Positions 51,100 to 63,986 of a DNA stretch of 64,000 bases are shown in pieces. This stretch comes from Octopus bimaculoides. Lineage: Eukaryota. The notes under the pieces were generated by a model. That model had not been told where the DNA came from and did not search any database. It saw only the letters and a program-made list of their open reading frames with translations. The stretch's first letter is position 1. Each line of letters opens with the position of its first letter. The translations under genes and the position numbers were made by a program. The DNA lies in the NCBI RefSeq assembly GCF_001194135.2, contig NC_068982.1:119123784-119187783 (forward strand), written 5' to 3'.

Positions 51100-52140
51100 C
51101 AATTTATAGAAAATCAAAATTAAATTGAGCTTTACAAAGTAAAATATATATAAATATATAGTTTTAGGGAAAAGAACCAAGGTTCATGAACTCATCGATG
51201 AAAATACACTGTCACAAGTAGAAAAATTAATAATCAAAAGTACAATAAATGAGTATAATATAATACAAAGTAAATATCATAAGATAAAGATAATAAAATG
51301 ACTACTCGTGTTTCATAACTAATTTTCAAATAGAAATGAAATTTAAATTGATTAAAATCAATTAAAATTATCGAAAATAAATTCTATTCGTCAGGTCTAA
51401 ATACAACAATACTAATAATAAATAAATGTATATATCAACCAACAATAAGTACCAAATCAATTTAGATAAAATACTTATTTTATAAAGATAGAAAAATTAT
51501 TAAAAATATCAAAATAATAAACATTCCATAATCATCTCTACATCCATTATAATATATGCTAACATGTATATTATATACAAAAACCAGCTTACATAAATTA
51601 TTATCGTTTTAAATACAATTTGAACGAAGTTTAAGGTTAAAATAATAATAAAGATATTAGTACATATTTAACCGGTTTAATAGTTAAAGCTAGACTATTT
51701 AAAACTAAAAACGTTTATTTAATTATCATTAAACATCAATTGAATAATAGAAAAATACAAGAATACTTATTTCTACAAACGTAGAAATAAAAATAAAAAT
51801 ATGAATGAAAAAATTAAGAATGAAAAAAATTATTATGAAGGAAAGATTAAACTTTATATAGCCTAAGTTTTAATTTAAAAAAATCAACCTTGCTTGCTTG
51901 CTTGCAATGTTACACACCCAAACTGGCGCATAACGGGAAAAGTTCGCATAAATTGTGAATTCAAACGGAATAAAACAAGTTTCGCATACATTGAACCAGT
52001 GGATATTAAGGTATTCGGGGTTTGGTGGGTATAAATACCCAAAACGATGCATAATGAGAACATTCTCCGAAAATAACTTAACCCTGAACGGGAAAAAAAC
52101 TCTAACCTTTCCATTAGATACATTATGATGGGCAAAATAT
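51100..52140 (-). mobile_element. PLE 3' end: decayed GIY-YIG tail, AT-rich UTR and hammerhead
   Basis: Minus strand gagaatgttctcattatgcatcgttttggg (HYASF) resembles plus-strand 54160-54190 gagaatatcaaaccattattcttcatttaggg (HYSSF). Hammerhead at 51300-51397. Confidence 0.6.
51300..51397 (-). ncRNA. AT-rich type I hammerhead ribozyme with intact core
   Basis: Stem I GAC/GTC; CTGACGA (51388-51394); stem II ATAG/TTAT extended by ATTTTC/GAAAAT with inner hairpin AATTGATT/AATCAATT; GAAA (51311-51314); C-ACGA-G; GUA site. Confidence 0.7.
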
Positions 52141-52557
52141 TCTAGTGAAAAATGACATTAAAAATGCGGTAAATATTTTGTAAAAGACCCGTTCTTCACA
52201 GCGATGTGAAGTTGTTTCTTTTGTTTTTTTGCATAAGTTTCTTTTGAGAGCATTCAACGTATCTCACCTCCAAACATTTGGCTGCATTTTATAACACGCC
52301 CTGCTACAACGTGACAGCTATTTGCGATAAAGGATCCGAAATCCCCTTTATGTGGTAGCAGACCGTGCAAGAAATAGCAGCCACATCTTTCCTTTTCTGG
52401 TTAAAGGAGTGGTTCACGCGTGATTTGGATACAACTTTCGTTGAAAGCATGTAAAATAATCTGGAACAGAAAAATTAACGCACAAAGCAAAACTCCGTTG
52501 CTGGAAAACTCAGAATTTCCCGGTGACCCAACGGATCATGGGTTGTCTAATATATAT

Positions 52558-53461
52558 NNNNNNNNNNNNNNNNNNNNNNNNNNNNNNNNNNNNNNNNNNN
52601 NNNNNNNNNNNNNNNNNNNNNNNNNNNNNNNNNNNNNNNNNNNNNNNNNNNNNNNNNNNNNNNNNNNNNNNNNNNNNNNNNNNNNNNNNNNNNNNNNNNN
52701 NNNNNNNNNNNNNNNNNNNNNNNNNNNNNNNNNNNNNNNNNNNNNNNNNNNNNNNNNNNNNNNNNNNNNNNNNNNNNNNNNNNNNNNNNNNNNNNNNNNN
52801 NNNNNNNNNNNNNNNNNNNNNNNNNNNNNNNNNNNNNNNNNNNNNNNNNNNNNNNNNNNNNNNNNNNNNNNNNNNNNNNNNNNNNNNNNNNNNNNNNNNN
52901 NNNNNNNNNNNNNNNNNNNNNNNNNNNNNNNNNNNNNNNNNNNNNNNNNNNNNNNNNNNNNNNNNNNNNNNNNNNNNNNNNNNNNNNNNNNNNNNNNNNN
53001 NNNNNNNNNNNNNNNNNNNNNNNNNNNNNNNNNNNNNNNNNNNNNNNNNNNNNNNNNNNNNNNNNNNNNNNNNNNNNNNNNNNNNNNNNNNNNNNNNNNN
53101 NNNNNNNNNNNNNNNNNNNNNNNNNNNNNNNNNNNNNNNNNNNNNNNNNNNNNNNNNNNNNNNNNNNNNNNNNNNNNNNNNNNNNNNNNNNNNNNNNNNN
53201 NNNNNNNNNNNNNNNNNNNNNNNNNNNNNNNNNNNNNNNNNNNNNNNNNNNNNNNNNNNNNNNNNNNNNNNNNNNNNNNNNNNNNNNNNNNNNNNNNNNN
53301 NNNNNNNNNNNNNNNNNNNNNNNNNNNNNNNNNNNNNNNNNNNNNNNNNNNNNNNNNNNNNNNNNNNNNNNNNNNNNNNNNNNNNNNNNNNNNNNNNNNN
53401 NNNNNNNNNNNNNNNNNNNNNNNNNNNNNNNNNNNNNNNNNNNNNNNNNNNNNNNNNNNNN
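52558..53461. other. Assembly gap. Others: 3162-3171, 7144-7227, 10304-10862, 11543-11995, 14314-14555, 20723-20791, 26635-26793, 29359-29666, 30037-31029, 39134-39316, 47924-48068, 50952-51096, 55252-55642
   Basis: Runs of N, most flanked by (TA)n or other simple repeats. Confidence 0.99.
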
Positions 53462-53492
<31 letters not shown>

Positions 53493-53639
53493 GAAGGTAT
53501 GAGGTCTAGATCGTGAGTTCGATTTGTGGACGCGTGGTGTTCTGAAGCAATTTCTTTGTGAAGATCGTTCGGCAAAAACTGAACAATAAATAAATCTTTA
53601 TTTATTCAACCACACTAACACTGTAACTAGATCTGATGA

Positions 53640-54475
53640 TAATATCTGGCTCATCCTCCCGTTTTGGAAGCAAGTTAAATCAAATTTGGTCCGGCAGTTC
53701 CGAGACGCGGTGAATAGGAAGTTTCCTTGGGGTTCCTACTATTACCCAATAATCAACTCATATAAGGTTAGATTTGGGTTTTCTAATACTAAAGATTTGT
53801 TACAGAGTATATCTTCCCATAATTTCAGGCTTTTATATTCATGTTTAGACAGCCATCCCAGTTATGATGATAATAATAGTAATGTTTATATGAATAATAA
53901 TAAAAATTACTCCAGTAATTTAACACACTCATATGATGGCAATAGTCATTTAGGTAAAAAATATAGGTAGTATGTAGAATATTAGTAAATATAACAATCT
54001 CTGTAACAACAATAAGATTAGCATATCGGAATCAATTCCTAATAAAATTAAGTTTTTAAGTGCGAATGCCAAGACCAAGAATGTGGTTTATCAATGTAAG
54101 GTAATGTTTTACGAAGACGTCTCGTTTTACGTAGGTAGCTCATCGACGCAGGTCTCCATGAGAATATCAAACCATTATTCTTCATTTAGGGATAGGAATA
54201 AAGCTAACAGCACCGACCTAAGTAAATTTATTTGGAAACTGAAAATTGCAATAAACAATTCTCTTTGGAATGGTCTATACTGGCTATCTCAATTCCCTAC
54301 GACAAAAATAAGGATTTTTGTCCTCTTTGTAACTTGGAGCTTTACCATATTCTGTTCTCCAAGAATCGTCTAGTAAACCAGATAACACAGAGAGCGTATC
54401 GATGTAAGCACTGGCAGAGACGTACCTTCATTTATTATCATTAATTTCATGCTTCTTACTAGTTTTAATTTTTAG

Positions 54476-54513
<38 letters not shown>

Positions 54514-55251
54514 TTTATTTTTTTACCAAATGTCCTCTGAATAATATATTTTAATATAATCTTAAATAATATTCATTTCTGCCTCCATCGCCACTTGTCC
54601 TTTATTTTCCCCTTCTGTAGTTGGTTAGTTGCTACTTAAGTTGTCTTTGTACCATTAGTGACTTTAATTAAATATACACGATCTTCTCCTTATAAACATG
54701 TATATTATGAGTATTATCATTATTTCACAACAAAATATATTGTACCTTGTATTACCATTAATTTGCGTTAATATCCGTATATTAATATATTACAAGGCTA
54801 TGATGTTTTATTTATTATATTTACATCTTCGCTTCTAATCAGTATGTTATTTTTTCCTTAAGGAGAAATTATTATATATGATGAATTCTTAGGATTTTCT
54901 CCCTTCCTCCACCTCTTGTTTAGCTTACAACTTTTTGTTTTCTGAATTTTACTGTGATCCATTTTGCCTTCCCCTATTTTAATCATTTAATTTAAACCTT
55001 TAGTATAGCGTTTACAGCCTCTCTCCCGTAATAACTCTATGTAAACCAGCGTTCTTGTGTCTAACAGTCACTTACTTAGCCATTTAATATTATAACTCGT
55101 ACGTAACCTTATCATTTCACATTTGTCTTGGTTCTGTATGCTGGTTCCCTGACGATGAATATATGTGAAATTCCAGCACCTCTTACCTCTTTGGAGTAGA
55201 GTGGACATATATTTTGAAACATATAAACTTTCGTTTATATGCGTTTTGCTC
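53640..55251 (+). mobile_element. PLE 3' half: RT thumb/linker, C-terminal GIY-YIG endonuclease, UTR and degenerate hammerhead (Nematis-like, tentative)
   Basis: IWLILPFWKQVKSNLVRQF...FPW...IINSYKVRFGFSN...ISSHN, then KNVVYQCKV...FYVGSS...RISNHYSSF...TDLSKFIWKLK, then LEWSIL...PYD...CPLCNLELYHI. These match PLE linker and GIY-YIG motifs. Confidence 0.88.
55149..55241 (+). ncRNA. Degenerate PLE hammerhead motif
   Basis: CTGACGA 55149-55155; stem II GAATATATGT/ACATATATTT; GAAA 55216-55219; then CATAT as at 32869. No canonical NUH site. Confidence 0.55.
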
Positions 55252-56600
55252 NNNNNNNNNNNNNNNNNNNNNNNNNNNNNNNNNNNNNNNNNNNNNNNNN
55301 NNNNNNNNNNNNNNNNNNNNNNNNNNNNNNNNNNNNNNNNNNNNNNNNNNNNNNNNNNNNNNNNNNNNNNNNNNNNNNNNNNNNNNNNNNNNNNNNNNNN
55401 NNNNNNNNNNNNNNNNNNNNNNNNNNNNNNNNNNNNNNNNNNNNNNNNNNNNNNNNNNNNNNNNNNNNNNNNNNNNNNNNNNNNNNNNNNNNNNNNNNNN
55501 NNNNNNNNNNNNNNNNNNNNNNNNNNNNNNNNNNNNNNNNNNNNNNNNNNNNNNNNNNNNNNNNNNNNNNNNNNNNNNNNNNNNNNNNNNNNNNNNNNNN
55601 NNNNNNNNNNNNNNNNNNNNNNNNNNNNNNNNNNNNNNNNNNATATATATATATATACATATATATATATTATTTACCATTCCATATACAATCTTTTTAT
55701 TTCCATAATGTACAACTCTACAGTCACAAAATCTCTTAAACGCCAGGATTTAATTTTGATGGCTTTCATATTCAACCAACTAATTAAATTCGGTAAATAG
55801 GCCTAAATGTTTGCATTGAAACATATTCTACATATTGTTATGTATTGTTTTAAATATAATATTGTCTGTTGAAATCGGCATGTTTCATTTTTCTACTATT
55901 TTTATTTCGTTTTCTCTCTATCTAAATTTATAGTTATATATACTGCTTCACGATGAAAGATCGATGACTCAATCAATTTGTAAAATGAGACATACGGTAG
56001 GATTATGAAAGCAGAAACCTTCCAGCTATTTACTGGCATTTAATTATTTGAATTGTGATATTTAATTACTAATGAGCAATTTCTACGTGTTGTTTTTTGT
56101 CATTTGGCTCCGGATTTGTCTTTCTGCAATGGACTTAGGTTTATAGTCATTAGAGCTATGAACATGACCTACTGACTGCAGAGAAAATGCCTCTGGAACC
56201 AACTTTGAAGACTGTTTGATGAAATCTAAGGAACATTTGGCTGCATGTCTAGCTGGTCAATCAGTTAAATTATTTTAATTATTTTTATTCACTTAGGTGA
56301 AAATGTTTTGTTTTGAACTTGGTTTTATTTCCGGAGAAAAGGAGTTTTATAATATCTATGAATAGCATTCGTTGGCATTCATCTGGCCATTCGATATATA
56401 AGCCGACAGGCGAAACCTAAAATCCAAATCAATATAATTTTTACATTTAATTCGGCTCTACAACTATTATTGAATACACACCCAACAATAAATTTTCCGT
56501 CGACTTATTTCAAAACGCCTTAAAATAATGACCATAATTAAAGTTTTCTTAATTACACACACACATATATGCATATAAATAAATGAATAAATATATATAT

Positions 56601-56800
56601 TACTCTTTACTCTTTTACTCTTTTACTTGTTTCAGTCATTTGACTGTGGCCATGATGGAGCACCGCCTTTTAGTCGAACTAATCGACCCTATGACCAATT
56701 TTTGTAAGCCTAGTACTTATTCTATCGGGATCTTCAGCCGAACCGCTGATTGTCAATCGATGTTGGGGGGACAAACACAGACACACAAACATATACACAC

Positions 56801-56847
<47 letters not shown>

Positions 56848-57012
56848 TACGACGGGCTTCTTTCAGTTTCCATCTACCAAATCCACTCACAAGGCTTTGG
56901 TCAACCCGAGGCTATAGTAGAAGACACTTGCCCAAGGTGCCACGCAGTGGGACTGAACCCGGAACCATGTGGCTGGTAAGCAAGTTACTTACCACACAGC
57001 CACTCATACGCC
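56601..57012 (-). mobile_element. Full-length microsatellite-containing tRNA-derived SINE
   Basis: Head GTGGCTGTGTGGTAAG...CCGGGTTCAGTCCC (A/B boxes), internal (CA)n(TA)n, tail (tactcttt)n. Confidence 0.92.
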
Positions 57013-58049
57013 TATATTCACATATTCTGCTTTTTCCTTTGGTTCTCCTTTATTTTTCGTATTGTTGTCCGTTTGTAGTTGGTTTTGATTGTGGCGTCGA
57101 CGGTCCTCTCATAGTGAATTATTAAAGCATCAAAATTGTTCCTATCATGTCAGATCGATTTAGTCTTTCCAGTTTGTATTTGAAAAGATTGTAGTTAAGG
57201 AAAATTTAGAACAAGACTTAAACTCCACACTGTACGGGTTTTGGTATGTTTCAATTCTTGATGGAAGCGTTTTCATATGGAAAGTCCGGATAATTGATTA
57301 CAGGTTTCGATTTTCCAGGCTTTATTATTAGCAAGCATTGTAATATCTCAAAGCATTTGATTTCTCACAGAAGGAAAACTTTGCTAAAGTTGAATGCCAT
57401 CACAGTTTTATGACTGCGTTGACGTTTTCCGTTGAACTTCTCATCCATTTCCACGGTTCTTTACGTTTGTAAGGATTCTGTAATGTATATAGCATATCTT
57501 ATATAAAGAATATTTTATGAGAAAATTCTTCATCACTTTTTCATAATAATTCGCTATAGCTATCGTATTACAACAGTTTAGTTTCAGTTAATTTCGTTCA
57601 AATTTTGCAGTAATACGAGCTACCATAGCCCACTAACATAATCTGTTTTAAAAAAAATTATCGTAGAACTGTTTTATTGGTTTTAATTCCTTTTTTTTTT
57701 TTTTGTTATTTGTCTTCTCAAGAAAACCAACGTATTCAGTATTGAGTAATTTTCAAACCTTCCAAACATAATGAAATATACATCTGGTATTACGATAAAT
57801 AATATATTTTGAATATAATTCGGCGACCGAAAGCTTTTCTCTTTAAATTGTTTTTTTTTATTTTCCTTCGGACTCCTTTATATTCAATTTCACATTTATC
57901 AAAGTACATGTGATAAATGTGTCATATTTTCTTGTGTAATATTATTTACAATTCTCCTGCAAGTAACGAAATATATTTCATCACCACCACCAACATCACC
58001 ATCACGACCACGACCACGACCACCATCATCTTCATCATAAGAATGTTGT

Positions 58050-58250
58050 GGAGCTGTTAGATAATATACCTTGCGTTAATTCTTTCGGCACTTTACTTTC
58101 TCAGTTCAAACCCAACCGTGATCAGGTTTAGTTTTCACCATTTACGGAGGCATAAAATGAAGTATAAATATATAGCAGATACCAATGTGACCAACTAAAC
58201 AACCTCAAACCCCAGAATGTATGGCCTTGCGTCTAAATTAGAAGGAAAAA
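58050..58250 (+). mobile_element. Highly decayed OK-like SINE
   Basis: ttctcagttcaaaccc...ttttcaccatt...ggccttgcgtctaaattagaagg. Confidence 0.45.
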
Positions 58251-58635
58251 TTATTATTAATATCATCATTGTTAGTATTATTAGCCTTGATTTTTAATGT
58301 TGTTGTTGCTTTATTTTTCTTTTAACCGTTCCAAGTCTCATCCAGTGGCATCAAATGAGAGCAAGATAGACGCTTTCCTATGGGTGTTACTTTATAATCC
58401 GAAATTATAAATTGAGAGGGAGAGAGACCAGAATCAGAGAACTAAGATTCTGGTTCATTTGTAACATATGAGTTCTGAAATAGCTTCAAGAGAATCAGCT
58501 ATTTTCAAATTCACTGCTTTTCGTAAGATGTGCGCAGTTCTGTAGTTCTAATATTTTGCTACACCTAACATTTAACCATAGAGTCTAAGAGCATATAGTG
58601 TTTAAGAGCATTATTTTCTTATTACTATTACTATT

Positions 58636-58850
58636 AAGGCGGTGAGCTAGCAGAATCGTTAGCGCGCCGGACGAAATGCTTAGCAGTATCTCTCATCGCT
58701 ACGTTCTGAGTTCAAATTCCGCCAAGGTTGACTCTACTTTTCATCCTTCTGGGGTAGATAAAATAAGTACCATTTGAACATTGGGGTCCATGTACTCGAC
58801 TCATCCCGTCCATCAAAATTGCTGCAGCCGTGGCAAAATTTGAAGCCATT
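58636..58850 (+). mobile_element. OK-like SINE
   Basis: aaggcggtgagctagcagaatcgttagcgcgccggacgaaatgcttagc...gttctgagttcaaattccgcc...gtggcaaaatttgaagcc. Confidence 0.93.
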
Positions 58851-59164
58851 AATATTACTGTTGCTGTTGTTGTTTCATATGCGTACAACAGATTAAACTG
58901 TTAGAAAACGATTCCTAATATCGGGCTACAGCATGTAACCATACAGTTCAAGAACTCTCCCAGGTATTCTAACTGTCTCTAATAACACTGTTTTTCTGAA
59001 GCTGGGCTAAATTAGGTTTTAGGCCTATTTCCTCTGTTCATCTGTTCAAATCTTTAGGCATAGCTATGAATGTACCTATAACTACAGGGATACATTTTAC
59101 CCGCACTTATCTCTGCAACTCAAAACACCCATGAGCAAAAAAACCATGTTTACAAAGATGATTT

Positions 59165-59495
59165 ATTCAAACCCCAGAGAATGTGTTTCAGAATCGCATC
59201 GACTTTTCGGCTTGCGCGTTTCAGATTGTTACGGTCGAAGGTTCTCAGATTCACCGGATTGGTCTCTCTCCTTGTAATTATCATATTCTCGACTCTTATT
59301 CTGATATTTCTCTGTTCCTCTGTCATATCTTCTCGTAATACATGGTTTTCTACGTTATATTGATTGCCCAGCGTTTCCTATGCTACAACATCACCTTGCC
59401 TACGCATTCGCTGATCTTCACCTACATTATTTTACACGAGGTTATCACCAGTACGGAGGTTGTTCCTGATTGTGTGAACCTGGGCCTCAAATATT
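59165..59495 (-). mobile_element. R4/Dong LINE 5' region fragment
   Basis: Reads VENHVLREDMTEEQRNIRIRVENMIITRRETNPVNLRTFDRNNLKRASRKVDAILKHI, like the pre-RT region of Dong/R4 ORFs. Confidence 0.6.
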
Positions 59496-59499
59496 ATTA

Positions 59500-59772
59500 T
59501 ATGGAAACTCACAGATTTTTTCGCTGGGTATGATGGAAAGTGTCAGCTGTCCATAGCCAACAAACTAAGGTACCACTTGTTAACTGGTCATGTTTCAAAA
59601 ACCCTGCGAAGAATTATTTCAGTTCTTGTTGGTATTCTACCTTCACACTTGCACCGATCTTCTTCAGCCATGTTGGTAGTTGAGTGCTGATACTTTAAAG
59701 TGGACCAATTACTATTGGTATCACGTCTACCCTCATCATTGACCACAACCTTCGTATTTCCTCTACTATCTT
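59500..59772 (-). mobile_element. R4/Dong LINE 3' end, family A
   Basis: Reverse complement is closely similar to 23610-23860 (gaaatacgaaggttgtggtcaa...accaacatggctgaa...acagctgacact). Confidence 0.9.
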
Positions 59773-60040
59773 CAATGACCACAACCATGGTATTTATTAT
59801 CTTTATTATTGATATGTATATTCTTTTCAGTGGAACACACTGAATACTCACCCAATGAATTCCATAGTGTTTTACCAATAGATAAAGTCATTTCCAGCAT
59901 ACATACATGTCCATTTATATCTATGAATGCATATAAATGTGCATACATAAACAATATCTAAATACCATTTCACTACCCCTCGGTCTCTCTTTATCTATCT
60001 CTCTTCTTTCTCTCTTCCTCTCAATCTCTGTCTGTTTTCG

Positions 60041-60104
<64 letters not shown>

Positions 60105-61011
60105 TTGTCTGTCTATATATCTAACCGCATCTACACCTGTCTGTCTACCTGTCTGTCTACCTGTCTCTGAAATACAACGCATATGTAAATGTAACGTACA
60201 TTAAGTGAAAGGAAATTCTGGAATATTTGAAAGTCAAAATATAAGACAAAACATATATATATATATTTGCAAGTCAGAAACATAACTTAAGTAAAATGAA
60301 AGGTGTAATATACCAAATATATTTTTCTATTAAAACTGCATGCTATTTTTTTCTTTCTAAAAAGTAAAACATCATTTATCTCGATAATTGGAATTTTCTA
60401 TTGCTGTTTTTGCTAAGTCTAGCTCACATTTGCTACTTCGAAACGGTTGCCAATCCATTGTAGAAGCGACTGTCTTACTTACTTGCAAGCCAACAAGAGA
60501 TAGCAACTACCAATTCCTTAAATTGAACGATGTCGTGTGAATAAAGTATTTTGAATAACCTAGTCGTATACAATTTATGTCAGGATAAAAAATAACGGGA
60601 TGATCAGTCTGAGAATCGTTTGATCTAGTGTTAGACGACATGAACAAGCTTGATGTTGTTTACAAAAGTTCTAGGTTATTTCAGTCAAAAGCACCAATAC
60701 ACAATGACTACGAATATACATGAAGCGATCTGAATTGATCTTTCAAATATGTTTTGGGGTGGCTACTTTGAACAAAGAAATAGAAGCATTACAAAACATC
60801 AAATATAATGTCTATTTCAAATGAAGCTTTAGAAAGAAATATAAAGCTGATCTTGAACAAAACAAGGACTACTCACAAGAAACTACTGACATCTCAATAT
60901 TTTGAACTTGCAATAAATGTTAACCGTTATATTCACTGCCCATCTTTCCTGGTGAAAGTGTATGACTCCTCTTGTGTATATCATCTTCATCATCGAATTA
61001 TGCAAGCATTA

Positions 61012-62287
61012 TATTAGGCTGAGTAAAAATTAAGCAACGTTTTGAAACATGAAATTCATCACAATATATTTCAACAGTGCGGAAGTTGTATTCATCAAAT
61101 TAAGTATCATTACAATCAGCATGTTTTTCCAACGAGTTACAAGTTTGTTTATTCCGGTAACATAAAAATCTGGAGTTCTGGAGCTGATGAACTCTTTGAA
61201 TGCACTTTCAGCATCGGTTTGAGTTTTGAACTCCTTCTCTCACAGGAAACCCTCAAGGTGCTCGAAAAAGTGGTTGTCGGTATCAGAAAGGTCTGGGGGA
61301 GTTGATGGGTGGTGAAGAACTACGTAGTCAAGTGCCCTCAGCGCCTGGATCGTCATCAGTGAAACGTGTGGTCGAGCATTGTCATTAAGTATGACTCACC
61401 AGTCTGGGACATGGAAGCAGCAGTTTTTCGTTCATTATGATAATTTCCATGGCAATATGTTTCTTCTGCAGTAATGGTTTCGAAGTTTTAAGAAGTTATA
61501 ATGGTTGAGTCCAGCAGTACACCACCAAACAGTCACCATAACCATATTTTTAAAGAGCTCGAGATTAGGAAGGTTTTCGGTGCTTCGTTTTGGTCCAACC
61601 ACTACGAAGAACGTTTTTTATTATTCGACAGAATCCACTTTTCATTGCAAGTTACAATACGGTCGAGAAATGTATCGGTCTGATTACGGAGAAGCGATGA
61701 ACAAATTTCATATCAGCGCATTTTCTGATTTTCATTCAAATCGTGTAGTACCGATTTCTTGAGCTTTATTTTTACTTTTCCGATCGCATGCAAATGGTTT
61801 CAGGCAGTTTTCTGGCAAAGTTGAAGTTCGTTTGTCAGTTCTCGTGTGGTTTTACGTGGATCTTTCTGAATGACGGCCTTTAATTCACCGTCATCGATGG
61901 CAGATGGGCGTCCACTACGCCCACGATCTTCAAGTCTCAGGTCTCCACTGCGAAATCGTTTAAATGATTTTCGAGCTGACCACTCACTGAGCGTTTACTC
62001 AATAAACGTTTCGTTGATATCGCGAGCAGTTTCAGCTGCTTTAGTCCCTTTTTTGAAGTTGAACAGCAAAATTGCTTATATATCGCGCTTTGGCAGGTTC
62101 ATTTCAGATGATTGTAACAACGGTAAAAAAAAACAAAGGAATCAATACTAATTTATTGATGCATTTGGACAAGTCTATGTCTGTATTATCGGACATTTTT
62201 TTTAATGTTTTAAAAAGAATCAAAACTGCAAAAATCCGGTACTAACATTGCTTCAAAACATTGCTTATATTTTTACTCACCCTGATA
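61012..62287 (-). mobile_element. Full-length decayed mariner (Tc1/mariner D,D34D) transposon
   Basis: TIRs 61012-61046 and 62252-62287 (about 32/36 identical). TA duplication at 61010-61011 and 62288-62289. Length 1276 bp. Confidence 0.95.
61090..62102 (-). pseudogene. Mariner transposase pseudogene (Hsmar1/SETMAR-like)
   Basis: MNLPKRDI*AILLFNFKKGLKAAETARDIN, FKRFRSGD..LED..RSGRP, RIVTCNEKW (first D->N), DNARPH, PDLSDTDNHFF, GINKLVTRW; multiple stops and frameshifts. Confidence 0.95.
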
Positions 62288-63294
62288 TATTTACAGGAAT
62301 ATCTGTGTTATTTTGAATCTTTGTAGCAGCATCATACATTCACTGTCAATCTTACTACAGTGTTGTTTTACCACAGACGGATCCATAATTAGAGACTGAA
62401 ATTTGGTAAACGAAGACGGTGCAAAAGCCTGACATATAAATATACAAATACATTGTGGGTGTGGTCATTTTCGTCACTGTATAGTAGCTCTAAGCCTATA
62501 AGCATGATAAACAGAAGCATTTAAACAGTCATACTGATCAGATTTCACAGGAAGCCATTTCAGAAAATTTGTTGATCAATCAACAGAACTTATTTTCATT
62601 CAGTATACTTTTTATTCATCTGAAAGGTAGTACGATTTTCTCATCTTTCAGCTAAAGTATCTCCATCTCCCATAAATCATAACCTACTATGTAAGGCTAC
62701 TACTGCTAGAAAATGTTGTGCTATGTATATTATGGCTGGAAAAACAATAATCGCTACAACGTGATTGCCTTTGATTATTGGCCTCCTCGATCACACTTTC
62801 ATGTTATCGAGATACGCGCTTGTAAGAAGTTGTTGTTCTAGGCATTATCTTTGCTTATAATGCCTTCTACTTACATTTATATTAGATAGTTTGCTATTCG
62901 AGCTTTTACTGACTCCGATTCGTGTTATAGAACATGTATAATTTCTACCAATCTCTGTAAATATGAAGATGCTGAAGAAATTGGTCATAATATACATTGT
63001 AGAGCCGGTATCGTGCCCTTCTTGCAAATTGTTGTCAACAATATCTCAGATTACAAGTACATATGTTGAAAAGGCTACGTTTCGAAATACTTCCTAACAC
63101 ACTCAACATATGCAACTTTCATCTCATATATGAATGCATCAGAGCCAAATTACTAAATTGCAAAAGTTCCTATAAATCGAACAAAAATATACGTTTCAAC
63201 ATGTAAGAATATTACAATATCTGTCACGTATGACATTATAATAAACCAGCTTCAGACGCATATTCAATGCACCTATACGATGAACACATAAATA

Positions 63295-63343
63295 GACACA
63301 CACGCACACACACACACACACACACACATACACACACACACTC

Positions 63344-63375
<32 letters not shown>

Positions 63376-63425
63376 ACGCACACGTACATTCACACACATA
63401 CACCCCTTTACACACACACACACTC

Positions 63426-63459
<34 letters not shown>

Positions 63460-63530
63460 ACACATACACACACATACATTCACACACACATACACCCCTT
63501 TACACACACAAACACACACACACGCACATG
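63295..63530. repeat. (CA)/(CT) compound repeat with a ~100-bp tandem duplication
   Basis: tacattcacacacatacacccctttacacacaca occurs twice (about 63385 and 63475). Confidence 0.85.
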
Positions 63531-63785
63531 CCCTCATGAATTATTTACTTTAGATTGCAATTTTAATACTTCTCTCGTTATTTCCTTTTCTCTGTCCCTT
63601 AAAATTTATGATGGCGGACTTAATAAAATAAGCTATTTTTTTCTGATAAATTCCGCTGGGTGCTACACTAGTTACACTCTAGTTCACCTCTCCCACTTAA
63701 CCTCTTCATCTTAACCTTCCGTCTTCGTTTTCTTTGTCTTCTTCACCATTGTGATAATCATCACTTTCAGCCACAGCAACAGTGT

Positions 63786-63835
<50 letters not shown>

Positions 63836-63838
63836 GCA

Positions 63839-63904
<66 letters not shown>

Positions 63905-63923
63905 GCTGCTGCTGCTGTTGCTG

Positions 63924-63980
<57 letters not shown>

Positions 63981-63986
63981 ACTACT
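63786..63986. repeat. (TAC)n/(TGC)n trinucleotide microsatellite
   Basis: Direct reading. Confidence 0.97.

Noticed and set aside
51400-51870. Possible NUMT or control-region-like AT-rich DNA
   Set aside because: It lies between a GIY-YIG remnant and a hammerhead, so it is more simply a PLE UTR.
57420-57460. VEMDEKFNGKRQ (minus strand), a Merlin/ISXO2-like motif
   Set aside because: Single short motif; no TIRs or further domains recognised.
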